A stretch of DNA of 64,000 nt from Welwitschia mirabilis (lineage: Eukaryota). Below, piece by piece: positions 39,809-52,387 of this stretch. The stretch covers positions 17,378,760 through 17,442,759 of the forward strand of contig JBOZIK010000001.1 in the NCBI GenBank assembly GCA_051453625.1, given 5' to 3'. Position numbers and translations under genes: made by a program. Within the stretch, counting starts at the first letter, position 1. The number at the start of each line of letters is the position of its first letter. A model generated the notes under the pieces. The model did no database searches and was not told where the DNA came from. It saw only the letters and a program-made list of their open reading frames with translations.

Positions 39809-40284
39809 GGTAGAGTACTGGCCTCAGTGTTTCTTAAGTATCTAAGCAGAACAAGTGGCACAAACAAAAAATGCAGAGGGGCCATTTGTAAATGATGTTA
39901 TTGAAATAGTAAAAGACCTATAAATAGGAGGGGTAAATATCAAAAGAAATAGAGAGTCCATTAGAAATAGCACTAGTGAAGAGATCACATTGATGACATG
40001 TGAGAGGATTTATAAGAAAGTGCCTTGGATAAAAGGAGTACATTATCATATTATAGTTTGACATTGTTGATAGAAAACCACTCTTTAAGCCTCTTGTCTA
40101 ATGTAGTGACATTCAAATAGCTTGATTAGTTGCCTAAATAACCATAAAAGTTAATCTAAGTTTTCTTTTATTCTTTTGTTTACTTCTAGCTATTTGAAAG
40201 GGGATTTACTATGTAGCATATATATAGTTCTAACAATAAAATTTTGCTTTAGGATTCATTAGTTCATAACAAATTAGTGTCAGA
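39809..40284 (+). mobile_element. Possible 3' half of another LTR with a degenerate tRNA-Met PBS
   Basis: CCTATAAATAGG at ~39917, an end ...TTCATAACA at 40271, then AAT TAGTGTCAGA (cf. TGGTATCAGA). The left boundary is not identified. Confidence 0.35.
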
Positions 40285-40619
40285 AAATAAAAACTTGCAC
40301 TTGATGTTATTATATAAAATCGAGGATGCCTTTTCATCTTTTAAGTATTCAATTAAGTTCTAGAATCTTGTCTTAATTTAAACTTTTAAATAATCATTAC
40401 ATTCTATCTTCAACAAGTATGAAGTTTTTTATAGAATAAAGGATGAATGGTTTCTACAAAACTTTTTCTTAGGTCTATTCAACNNNNNNNNNNNNNNNNN
40501 NNNNNNNNNNNNNNNNNNNNNATGTGTTTTTGTATGAGTGCTAATCGCTTTATTTTTTTTTAAGAAAGAATAGGATATTGTACTAAATTAAAACTGAATA
40601 AACTAATAATATATAAGGA

Positions 40620-43400
40620 ACCTGTGTTCAAAGGTATTGTGTTTTTTATTAGTACACAATCCCTCTTACTTCAATTACATCAATGAGTTTTGACACTGTT
40701 GTACTATCACCTCCCTCAATACCTATAATTTCAGCATGCTTCTAGTTTTTAAAATAATCTTTTGGGATTTTACTCTATCAACATTTATTTATCATCTAAA
40801 GTTGATTATCCATGTAGATGCCTTCAATTAATAGTACTAAAAAACCAAAATGAAAAAAGTAATTCTCTCATAACAAGGATTTGTATGTGTGAAGGTCTAG
40901 CTTCACTCAGATATAAAGAAGAAAGCAATGTCCTNNNGCAAATGTAGACCTTTAGTCTTCCATCTTTAGAGACTTTAGTGATTACTATCATATGGATAGA
41001 AATACACCATTTGTAATCAAACCTCATAAATAAAACTATCAAAATAGTTATATAACTTTTGCTTTCAATCTTTAAGTATAAATGCTTCATAAGCCAAAAG
41101 TCACTAATCTAAAAGTGTAAAAATTTTACAAACTTTTTAATTTATTCTAGGTGGTTTACTTTGATATGGTAGATGATTANNNNNNNNNNNNNNNNNNNNN
41201 NNNNNNNNNNNNNNNNNNNNNNNNNNNNNNNNNNNNNNNNNNNNNNNNNNNNNNNNNNNNNNNNNNNNNNNNNNNNNNNNNNNNNNNNNNNNNNNNNNNN
41301 NNNNNNNNNNNNNNNNNNNNNNNNNNNNNNNNNNNNNNNNNNNNNNNNNNNNNNNNNNNNNNNNNNNNNNNNNNNNNNNNNNNNNNNNNNNNNNNNNNNN
41401 NNNNNNNNNNNNNNNNNNNNNNNNNNNNNNNNNNNNNNNNNNNNNNNGGATTTGTATGTGTGAAGGTCTAACTTTACTCAAATATAAAGAAGAAAGCAAT
41501 GTCCTAGAGTGCAAATGTAGATCTTCAGTCTCTTGTTTTTAGAAACTTTAGTGATTACTATCATATGGATAACAATACACCCTTTGTAACCAAACCCTTA
41601 AACGAAACTATCAAAATAGTTATATAACTTGTGCTTTCAATCTTTAAGTATAAACGCTTCATAAGCTAAAAGTCACTAAGTTAAAAGTGTAAAAATTTTA
41701 CAAACTTTTTAATTTATTCTAGTTGGTTTACTTTGATAGGGTAGATGATTAAAGTAAGTCCAAGAGATATCCTACTAAACACATACAACCACTAGCACAA
41801 TGGATAAATGAATTTAATCCTACCTTGCTCTTCAAATTTGTATAAACTAAATAAGGTAATAAAAATTTGATTATAAATACCATTGTTATTTATAATGCTT
41901 AGAGAAAAATAATTTATCTAATTCATTAAGTATTATCTTATGTAGGTTAAACAATCCTAAGAAATGAAAACATTTAAATTTCATCCACATTTTGATGAGG
42001 CGCATACTTGAGATTATTAGTCAAACATCTAGACTTAAATCTTTTTCAAAGTGATGATATTGATCATTTGGAAGTTGCTTATTGTGAAGTATTGCTTACT
42101 ATTAAGTATTGTCTTAGTTTTAGAAACTAATGTTTTTAACATATTCACTAACTATAAGTTTAGGAGACCTCTTTTAGAATTATGAAATTATTTGATAAAA
42201 TGTTATTTTACTTTAGTCTATAGATTTTCATAAATGACATCATTCTAGGTGTTGCTATACTAGCTGAGTATGACCTTGGTATTAATTAAAAGTCTTAGCT
42301 TTGGTGAGGTTTTCAATCCTCCTCAATGTTATTTTTACCTTATCTTTTACTTATCTTGGTCATGACTCATATGTGCTTCAGCTAAGCATGACTAAAGCTT
42401 TAGAATATTTAATTTATTTTTAGTTCATTTCCCCCTTTCTTTTGGAAGAATCATATGATTAAGTTGTCTTTCTATGTAGTTCTTAAGAAGTTCCAACCTC
42501 TAACTTCTAAAGAAGTTATTAAAGAACAATAGCAATAAGCAAAACTAAGCTAGATCATAATGGATTTACACAATTCTAAAAATATATACTCTATAAGACA
42601 ATAGATTTATAGTTTGTAAAATATTTAGAATATTTGATTAAGGATATAAAGTAAAAATAAATATTAGATATCATTTAGTTTCTAAATGTTTATTTTTAGA
42701 TAATTGCATAAATAATAGTGTTTCTTCTTGATTATAAAATTATTGTTAGTAATGTGATGTCCAATGTCCCTGCCCTTGGCTAAATAATACTCTTGTATCA
42801 TAGATTCTATGATCTACTAATTACTTGTGTCACTAATTACAAGAATTCATTTCCATCTAGTAAATTATATAATTCAAAGTAATTTCAAAGGAATTTATCT
42901 TATTATCATCCTCTTTGTCATTAAAGGATTTATTAGAGATGTGAAAAGAAAAGAAACACTAGCATTTTTTATAGCTTATTAGACATTTCATCCTTTATAA
43001 GAGGTCCTTGCATATCGTCACCAATTCCTACAAATATGGCCACTAGATTATTACTTTGTAGTAACCTTGGGATTCATCGTAGTACCTCTATAGAAATTAC
43101 TGATATTGAAGGTGTGTTAAACTCTACTAGTTTAGATATGGGTGTTTATTCATGTAAGAGTACTAGATCAGTGTTTAACAGAAAATCTTTCTATGGTCTT
43201 TCTTGCATCTCTTAGCTTGGGCAACTAGTTTCCTATTCTGATGTTTATAAAGACATATCATTCCTAAGATGTTTATGCCATATATCCATTGTTGATTCTC
43301 CTTTAAAATGTAAATTCCACAGCCTAGTGTGCATTCATTATGTTTGTAAAACTTAATACCAAACTATCCATGTTGGGATGGAGCTTTATATCAGTAGATC
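40620..43400 (-). pseudogene. Highly divergent Argonaute-like remnant (PAZ-MID-PIWI order)
   Basis: Ordered weak matches: PYL*ELVTICKD (~43003-43040, cf. YLPMELCMICEG), QGQGHW (~42761, cf. QVGQWN), QLNHMILPKERG (~42431-42467, cf. QLLIVILPDNNG), LLINTKV (42272-42292, cf. LKINVKV), DISWTYFNHL (~41745-41772, cf. GVSESQFNQV), KSYITIL..KGCIVIHMIVITKV..YIC (cf. KRHHTRL..SGNILPGTVVDTKI..YLC), ARPSHIQIL (40872-40901, cf. SRPTHYHVL) and IPKDYF (cf. VPPAYY). Confidence 0.55.
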
Positions 43401-43689
43401 AAAAAGCATAAATAAAAGTCGTATTGATAGTGGATCTGCTAGTTAGAACACTAGTTAATATATTAACCTACATTTCTAGCCAACACAATGAGCTTGTAAT
43501 TGAAAAAATAAGATACATTAGCTTGACCAACAAAATAAATTGCATGTTATAACAAAAAAACTCTATAGATAATGTACTTTAAAATGAATTTAGGAATTGC
43601 TCATGATGCATTGATGTAAAATGGTTTTTGATAAAAATAGATACCTAAATGATACATTTGATAAACAATGAAATATTAGGGAAGAGGAA

Positions 43690-46600
43690 TTCTCCTTTAC
43701 TACTATCAGCACGTAGAGCAATGTGTCCACTAGAAGGGTAAGCAAAAGGCCTCATTTCAAGGTAATGTAGACAACCATTATTAGCAAAGNNNNNNNNNNN
43801 NNNNNNNNNNNNNNNNNNNNNNNNNNNNNNNNNNNNNNNNNNNNNNNNNNNNNNNNNNNNNNNNNNNNNNNNNNNNNNNNNNNNNNNNNGGAATTATCCT
43901 TTACTACTATTATCATGTAGAGCACTGTATCCACTAGAAGGGCAATTGAAAGGCCTCATTCCAAGGTAATGTAGACAATCATTGTTAGCAAAGAGACATC
44001 TACATCCACTCTTGCACTATTAGTAAGGAAGAGCTAATGCTATGAAAATCTCTAGTTTACATTGTAATTTGTAGAAATTAAAGTGTTGAATAAAACAGAT
44101 GTGAGGAAATTGGATTTGTATCATGATAACAATGAGTTGTATAGACTCATAAGACTAGTATATCTATAGTTATTTAATGTCATAGTTCTTAAATTTTATG
44201 GCATCTTAGATAGCATGTAATTAAGCCTTAAGCAAATAGACTGCCCCACTAAGTAGCCTCTAGTAAATTCCCTCAACATATACAGGTAGGGGCAAACATA
44301 CTAGAATGGAACTTTTACTTCAGATGGTATCTTTTAATACATTTCATGCTTTCGTAAGTTAGTCTTTTCTTTGATTCTTAAATTACATTTGACTATTTTG
44401 ATTGGCTTTTATCTCAGTTCAAGTACTAAATAAAGTGTAAAGATATCTGCATTTTGAGTATCTCTTAGGTAGTAACCCTTTCTTACCTACTCCTTAAATA
44501 CAAAGTTTGCTTTAGCTTTATCATCACTACTTTGGCGCTATTCTAATTGCATAATTGAACTCATAAACAGATTGTCTGCTTCCTTAGAATGATATGATAA
44601 AAACAAGGAGGAATAATGCAATGTCATAAATTTAGAATAACTACCTTTGTTCTCCAAAAAATGGGACCTTTCAAAAGAGTTTAAATATTAAAATGTCTAA
44701 ACTATAGATGTCAGATGCTGAAGAGCTTTATGTTCCTAGACAAGCTAGTGTTTCATTATGTTCTTTAGGATTGGTATACTAGTTATCCTTAGCCATTAAT
44801 AGATCTTTAATAAGGTTGTAAACATTATCATTCAAAGTAGCTATGTAATTTTTCTCATTTTCTTCATTCAAAGTAGCACTTTGTAAGTTTGAATTTATAA
44901 ATTGATATTTTTTAGTGCTCTAAACTCAATTCCAAATTGAATGCAAATTAAACATTTTATTATTAGTTTAAGATTACATATATATTATAAATGATGATGT
45001 GGGTCATCAAATGAATTTTTTTGTAGAAGAGATTTTATTTAAAATATAGAGAAAATTGATACTCCTATTTTTGAAACTTATTTTCCTCTCTATAGAGGAC
45101 ATACAAAGTTTTGACTAGATCAAGCTAAACAATTTATTTATGTTGAGTTCCTTATCTGGAGGAAATTTTATGAATGCATACTTTATTTCTAATTATTTAA
45201 ATGCATGAAGGAAAAGGTCTTTTACCAAAACCAACAAGGCTCTCTGATATTAATAGTTGAATGTAAATGGACATATCAAATACCATTAAATAGAAACTAA
45301 ATTGCATAGCATAGAACTATCACAACTAAATGGTAGAAATAGAAGTTAATAAAACTTTAGCTAAATAAAGTATGTTCTTTACAATTTATAGGAGGAATGA
45401 TAAAAAAGAGTATGTGTTTTTTAGTTGTTTTACCTTAATCCAGATAAGTGTTGCACATTTTAGATATTAAGCATCTATTATTATTGTATGCTTTTCTNNN
45501 NNNNNNNNNNNNNNNNNNNNNNNNNNNNNNNNNNNNNNNNNNNNNNNNNNNNNNNNNNNNNNNNNNNNNNNNNNNNNNNNNNNNNNNNNNNNNNNNNATG
45601 TGTTTTTTAGTTTTTTTACCTTAATCTAGACAAGTGTTGCACATTTTATATATTAATCATCTATTATTATTATATGCTTTTCTGAATGTTAACTTCTATT
45701 TCGAAAATTGACTTTTCTTTTGGTATAACTAAAATGAATAGCTACAATAATATGTGTATCTATGCTTCCATTTGCTTTCTTTTTCTTTTATTTTCTTCCT
45801 TTTTTTTTTTTTGTTTTTTTTTCATTGTCATAGATTGCTTCTATAGGTATAATGTGATTTCTTAGTTTCTCACATACTAATGTTTCAAACCTATAGGCCA
45901 CNNNNNNNNNNNNNNNNNNNNNNNNNNNNNNNNNNNNNNNNNNNNNNNNNNNNNNNNNNNNNNNNNNNNNNNNNNNNNNNNNNNNNNNNNNNNNNNNNNN
46001 NNNNNNNNNNNNNNNNNNNNNNNNNNNNNNNNNNNNNNNNNNNNNNNNNNNNNNNNNNNNNNNNNNNNNNNNNNNNNNNNNNNNNNNNNNNNNNNNNNNN
46101 NNNNNNNNNNNNNNNNNNNNNNNNNNNNNNNNNNNNNNNNNNNNNNNNNNNNNNNNNNNNNNNNNNNNNNNNNNNNNNNNNNNNNNNNNNNNNNNNNNNN
46201 NNNNNNNNNNNNNNNNNNNNNNNNNNNNNNNNNNNNNNNNNNNNNNNNNNNNNNNNNNNNNNNNNNNNNNNNNNNNNNNNNNNNNNNNNNNNNNNNNNNA
46301 GTGTTCTAGAAGTAATTTGAGTGGTGAACTTTAATTTATAAGTTGGGAATAATTTCTTATTCCTCCTTAACAGGATAGACTAATGGATTATTCTACCTCA
46401 TAGATGGCTTTGTTAGACCATGATGTAACAATTAAGGTAAGGTTGTGCTTTATTTTAATTCATTTATTAAATGTGTTACTTATACCAATAAGACAAAAAA
46501 ACATTAAGCCATACTGACAATGTAGTTAGGCAATTTTATCAATTACCATTTACTATGTAGGCATGTAATTATCTTTATGTCCATTCTTGAATCCACAATA

Positions 46601-47640
46601 CTTTATTTTTTATCAACAACACCAATTTTCTTTGGAATCTTTCATTTGTTTTCTTTGGAGATGGTAATTTAATTCACATATTTAGTTTTGTTTTGATTTA
46701 TGATGTAAAATGGCTTAAAGGCTTTTAATTATGATTAGTTAATTTAACTATTTAAACATGAATTTAGTATGGGGACCTTGCATTTTTCTGTTGTCCCTTA
46801 AACACATCTCCCAAAAGGGATTAGATACCTATGTAAGATAACTAGCTTCCTAGATCTAATAAAAAAAAACAGATGCTTCGTAGACATGACATGTCTAAGT
46901 TTAGAATCTATGGTATCTATTCATAAAAGTAACCACATCTAATCTTCTATGCTTGGTAGAATGATATAAGGCACATAATTAATATAGAATTAGTATCTTG
47001 TCTTTGTACATGCACAGTCAAGGATGTCAATCTAGGGAGTTGAGAAATGAAAGTGAGATATGTAATGGAAAAAATTGTTAATGTAAATAAAAGCAAACAC
47101 AACAATGTATCAGGTATGAAAGTGGGAAATGAGTGAAGGAGATAAATAATTATGATTCAACCATAGCCATAATTACACATAATGCTTGTCGATGCTTCTA
47201 CTTTACACATATAATAACCTATAACCCATTTATTACCAGCATATCCTTATAGTTTTTGATGCCTTACTTTTCCTTGTCAACATTAAATAATTCTTATTCA
47301 TTTAAAATTATTACAACTAATATCAGCTTATCATGTTTTATGAAGATCATCCTTTGATTAGCATGTACATTCATTATTTTATCTTATATATCAATTATGA
47401 CATGATCTATAAGGGATTCCAAAGTAATATTTACTTGAACTATGACATAAGTAATCTTGAGGGGGTATATAATAAAATTTGAAAATTCTGGCTTTGTGGA
47501 GTCTAGTATCTACTTCACTTTTGCACTGGGTATCATGTGGTATTTATAGGCTGGTTACCATTATTACAGCAACAGTAGCATCTCTTTTTTATCATTCCTC
47601 CTATAAGTGTGTTAAAGCTCTTGATGCCAAAGAAAAATGA
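43690..47640 (+). pseudogene. RNA-dependent RNA polymerase (RDR1-like) pseudogene with retained introns; 3' part duplicated at 47762-48490
   Basis: Acceptor tatag|GCCAC at 45896/45897 (R-P-H). From 46302 it reads CSRSNLSGEL*FISWE*FLIPP*QDRLMDYSTS*MALLDHDVTIK|gtaagg (cf. CSGSDLDGDIYFVCWDxELIPPRQxxPMDY..LDHDVTIE|). NGTFTSDGI lies upstream (~44265-44291). Downstream are YDMIYKGF, TWYHV (48376-48390) and FLSFPYKCVKALDAKEK* (cf. AWYHV..FISFPWCVYDxL). The 5' boundary is uncertain. Confidence 0.85.
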
Positions 47641-49919
47641 ATTTTTGTATGTTATCTATTTNNNNNNNNNNNNNNNNNNNNNNNNNNNNNNNNNNNNNNN
47701 NNNNNNNNNNNNNNNNNNNNNNNNNNNNNNNNNNNNNNNNNNNNNNNNNNNNNNNNNNNNNGGTATCTATTCATAAAAGGAATCACATATAATCGTCTAT
47801 GCTTGGTAGAATTATATAAAGTACACAATCAATATAGAATTAGTATATTGTCTTTGTACATGCATAGTCAAGGATGTCAATCTAAGGAGTTGAGAAATGG
47901 AAGTGAGACATGTAATGGAAAAAATTGCTAATTTAAATTAAAGCAAACACATCAAAATATTAGGTATGAATGTGGGAAATGAGTGAATGAGACAAATAAT
48001 TATGATTCAAACATAGCCATAATTACACATAATGCTTGCCAATGCTTTTGCTTTACACATATAGTAACCTATAACCCATTTATTACCAGCATATCCTTAT
48101 AGTTTTTGATGTCTTGCTTTTTCTTATCAATATTAAATGAATTCTTATTCATTTGAAATTATTACAACTAATATTAGCTTATTATGTTTTATGAAGATCA
48201 TCCTTTGATTAGCATGTACATTCATTATTGTATCTTATATATCAATTATGACATGATCTATAAGGGATTCCAAATTGATCTTTACTTGAACTATGACATA
48301 AGTAATCTTGAGGGGGTATCTAACAAAATTTGAAAATTATGGCTTTATGGAGTCTAGTATCTACTTTATTCTTGCACTTGGTATCATGTGTTATTTATAG
48401 GCTGGTTACCATTGTTACAGTAATAATAGCATCTCTTTTTTATCATTCCCCTATAAGTGTGTTAAAGCTCTTGATGCCAAAGAAAAATGAATTTTTGTAT
48501 GTTATCTATTTTTTAATTCTTTTTTGTATAACATCTATAAATAGTATGAGNNNNNNNNNNNNNNNNNNNNNNNNNNNNNNNNNNNNNNNNNNNNNNNNNN
48601 NNNNNNNNNNNNNNNNNNNNNNNNNNNNNNNNNNNNNNNNNNNNNNNNNNNNNNNNNNNNNNNNNNNNNNNNNNNNNNNNNNNNNNNNNNNNNNNNNNNN
48701 NNNNNNNNNNNNNNNNNNNNNNNNNNNNNNNNNNNNNNNNNNNNNNNNNNNNNNNNNNNNNNNNAGATTGGCTAACCCATGTCAAAATATTCATCACTTA
48801 GGAAAAACATCTATAACTGATCATGTGATAAGGACATGCCAGACTTTCTTAGAATTACAATAAATAGATTGATTATAAATCTTCATTAGGGATGTGATAA
48901 CTATACCTTAGGGGCATTTACTCTATTAACTTTTTTTTCCTATGGTGATGCCTTTTGAGACATTTATTTGGTAAAATACCTTAAAATGGCTTTTTAGGTG
49001 TTTATTGAAATAAATGCCTCAAAAGGTCTTTTAAGATGTTCCTTAAGAAAAATGCCTTAAAATCCTTTTAAGGCATTTCTTTGAAAAATGCCTCGAAAGG
49101 CCTTTCAGTGAATCTTCATTAAAATACTAAAGTTTTTTATAAAGAAATGCCTTAAAAGCATTTAAGACGTTATTTTAAGACCTTTTAAGGCATTTCTTTG
49201 AAAAATGCCTCAAAAGGCCTTTCAGTGAATCTTTATTAAAATACTAAAGTTTTTTATAAAGANNNNNNNNNNNNNNNNNNNNNNNNNNNNNNNNNNNNNN
49301 NNNNNNNNNNNNNNNNNNNNNNNNNNNNNNNNNNNNNNNNNNNNNNNNNNNNNNNNNNNNNNNNNNNNNNNNNNNNNNNNNNNNNNNNNNNNNNNNNNNN
49401 NNNNNNNNNNNNNNNNNNNNNNNNNNNNNNNNNNNNNNNNNNNNNNNNNNNNNNNNNNNNNNNNNNNNNNNNNNNNNNNNNNNNNNNNNNNNNNNNNNNN
49501 TTTTGTATAACATCTCTAAATAGTATGAGATATTGAGAAGGGAATTCCATAATCTATGAGAAGACTCTCAGAGATTAAGAGTTAAATATGAATGGATGTC
49601 ACATGCTCTATATTATTCTTTCCTCTTCTCTTAATGTCATAAAGGTTTGTAACTACTAATTTGTTTAATGCATAAAATGCCTAACCCTTTATATAAATCA
49701 AAATTTGGTCCTAGGTTTATCCTTTAATTATAATGTAACATTAGAGATTGGCTAACCCATGTCAAAATATTCATCACTTAGGAAAAACATCTATAACTAA
49801 TCATTTAATAAGGACATGCTAAACATTCTTATAATTACAATAACTAGATTGATTATAAATCTTCATTAGGGATGCGATAACTATACCTTAGGTGCATTTA
49901 TTCTATTAATTGTTTTTAC

Positions 49920-50209
49920 TAAGGTGATGTCTTTTGAGACATTTATTTGGTAAAATACCTTAAAATGGCTTTTTAGGTGTTTATTAAAATACATTCGTTA
50001 AAAGGTATTTTAAGATGTTCCTTAAAAAAATGCCTTAAAAGCTGTTTAAGGCATTTCTTTGAAAAATGTCTCAAAAGGCCTTTTAGTGAATTTTTATTAA
50101 AATAGTAAAGTGTTTTATAAAGAAATGACTTAAAATCATTTAAGACGTTTTTTTTGAAACCTTTTAAGGCATTTTACAAACACCTTAAAAGCCTATATTT
50201 CTTGTAGTA
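49920..50209. repeat. CACTA right subterminal repeats and TIR (partial alternative copy at 48945-49262)
   Basis: Multiple AAATGCCTT/AAGGCATTT motifs ending in ATTTCTTGTAGTA. Confidence 0.85.
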
Positions 50210-50799
50210 CTAGGTAAACTAGCTAGATAGATCTAAGTGTTAGATAAGATTGTTGGTTAGCACTTAGTCTAGCTACACTAAGTTTTTATAAGGGAAACAT
50301 AGAGAAAATGATTTGTAATGCAAAGCCTTACAAGAATTTTTGATGAGATCTCCCTAAGAAAATAAGCATGCTATTAGAATCCTTGAGTGAGATGCACCTC
50401 CTACCCCTAGGTGAAAGTTTTGTAGGATCATCATCCAAGATTAAGTATTCTAATGGAAATAATAAGATATTTGGCCCCTTTAAGAATTGATTTGATTTAT
50501 TAGAGTAATTTGTTTCTTATTTTTTAATAGTTTGAATGAGGCTTTATTATGTTCTTAGAAATGATGTAATAGATTTCTTTATCTAATAAAGTTTTTATTT
50601 GTTATTTTATTTTAAAAAATTTATCTTATGATTATTTTTTTATTTTCTCATAGACATTATCAATTTCATTAAACGGAATTCATACTAAGTAACTTAACAA
50701 ATTGTAAGATAACATGAAATGATTTTAAAACTATGAAGCTTTATTCTTTGCTAAAATAGAATTTAATGATTATCCATGACATTGAATAAGATCTTTGAA

Positions 50800-52350
50800 T
50801 TCACATTCCATCATACACCAGAATAAAATTCTTATTTTTTACCTCTTTTTCTTTTTATAAGTTGTGAAATATAGTTATAGCCTTGGTAACTAGTTATGTC
50901 TCAGATGACTCCTTGGGCATAGCTATTCATCAAATTTTATTTCTCACAACTTACTTTTCTAACCACAATGATAAGAGTGCAACCACTATTAGAAGAATAA
51001 AGACTTATAATCTTTTCATAATTTATATCATGGACAATTAAGCCCTCAGTGGAGTTCTTATAGCTATCATATTACACTACTAAAGGCCCCTCTCAAGAAT
51101 GTTTGACCTAGTGCACTTATAGTAGAACATTGTGTTTTTTTCCTTTTTTGTGGTACATACACATTTACTAAAAGATATTCTATCATGTGATGGAATGTGT
51201 CTCCTTAATCTTCCTAATAAGGATAATGCATCATCTCTTGTTGAATACTTACCAAGTTAGCGTCTCATTTCAAAATCACTAAATTTACCTTAAACAACTT
51301 AGTAAATCAATAGTTTGAATAATCTTCAAAGAAATAACATATCCTTTATTATCTAGTTTAAGACTTTTTATTTATAAGTAAAGTAGAAGTATTACTTCCA
51401 TTCTATAAGGGTTTCCTAAATTATGTAGCAAAGATTTATGTTCATAATACATTTTTATGCTCTATTCATTAACTTGGCAAGTTAATTTTTCATTAGGATC
51501 ATATACATTGATGGACCCATTTCCAAAAATTTTTGTTATGCTATAAGATCCTAGTTAATTTTGTTTTTATATTTCTATTTGAAATGCATCTTTTTAGGAT
51601 TAGATTAATACATGATCTCCTATATTAAATTTGGTTTTTTAAATTTTATTATCTTTATGTATTTTAGTTGTTTATTATCTAAGTTCTTTATGCAAAAGAA
51701 CCTTCTTTTTAATTTTCATCCAAAATCTTCATGTTTTCTATCCATCATTCTTAAGTTGTATTCAATGGTTCTTTAGCCAATTTATAGGTCTTTATTTTAC
51801 ATTCAGTTATGAAGAAATGGTGTAAACTCTATGCTATGTTTTCAAGTTATTCTACAAGCCTATAAAGCTTTATTTAATTTTTTAGCCTAATCTATTTTCT
51901 TAATATTTATGACTTTTGTTAATATTCTATTAATTTTTCTATTAGTAACTTCATCTTGATCATCAAATTAAATATGATAGATAATAGAGAGTTTGTTATG
52001 GATTTCATGTTTAGTTAAGAGTTTCTTTTATGTTTTACTAGTATAATAAGTTCCTCTATCAAATATAATACTTTAAGGAACTTCAAAATAATGGATGATA
52101 TTTCTAAGAAAAATTATTAATTATAGTTTAGAAAGAATAGTGGAATTGTTGCAATGCCAATTTATAGAAATTTTATGGTGTATTTAGAGTACTTTTATAG
52201 GACATTTATATAAGTTTTAATGTAATTCTATTAATTATGAAGAGACGATACAATGATCATGGAAACATGTAATTCTTGACATAATTAGAGGCATTTTGGG
52301 CATATTCTGATACTTAGCATATGAAAGGAGAACTAAGTATGAAGAAGGCT
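50800..52350 (-). mobile_element. Degenerate Ty3/gypsy integrase followed by a second, more decayed RNase H/integrase-like segment
   Basis: NIIHYFEVP*SIIFDRGTYY..KKLLTKHEI..QDEVTNRKINRILTKVI..D*AKKLNKAL*ACR at ~51850-52110. Further downstream are VPQKRKKHNVL and ILERGL*-like pieces at ~51070-51170. Confidence 0.75.
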
Positions 52351-52387
52351 GATCTACTCTACTTAAGGACATTAGGANNNNNNNNNN

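Larger units (their letters stand above)
21067..50209. mobile_element. CACTA/En-Spm element with nested retrotransposon and gene-derived cargo
   Basis: Left TIR CACTACTAGAAAT at 21067 (duplicate at 19903). Right TIR ATTTCTTGTAGTA ends at 50209 (terminal G>A). The flanking 3-mers are TTA and CTA. Subterminal repeats occur at 21080-21360 and 49920-50195. Confidence 0.7.

Noticed and set aside
40824-41090. Ulp1 protease HW motif (GHCFLLYI in an alternative frame)
   Set aside because: It is an isolated match. The ordered PIWI-like motifs explain the region better.
48330-48550. Hydrophobic membrane-protein ORF
   Set aside because: It is an alternative frame overlapping the RDR C-terminal WYHV/FLSFP motifs.
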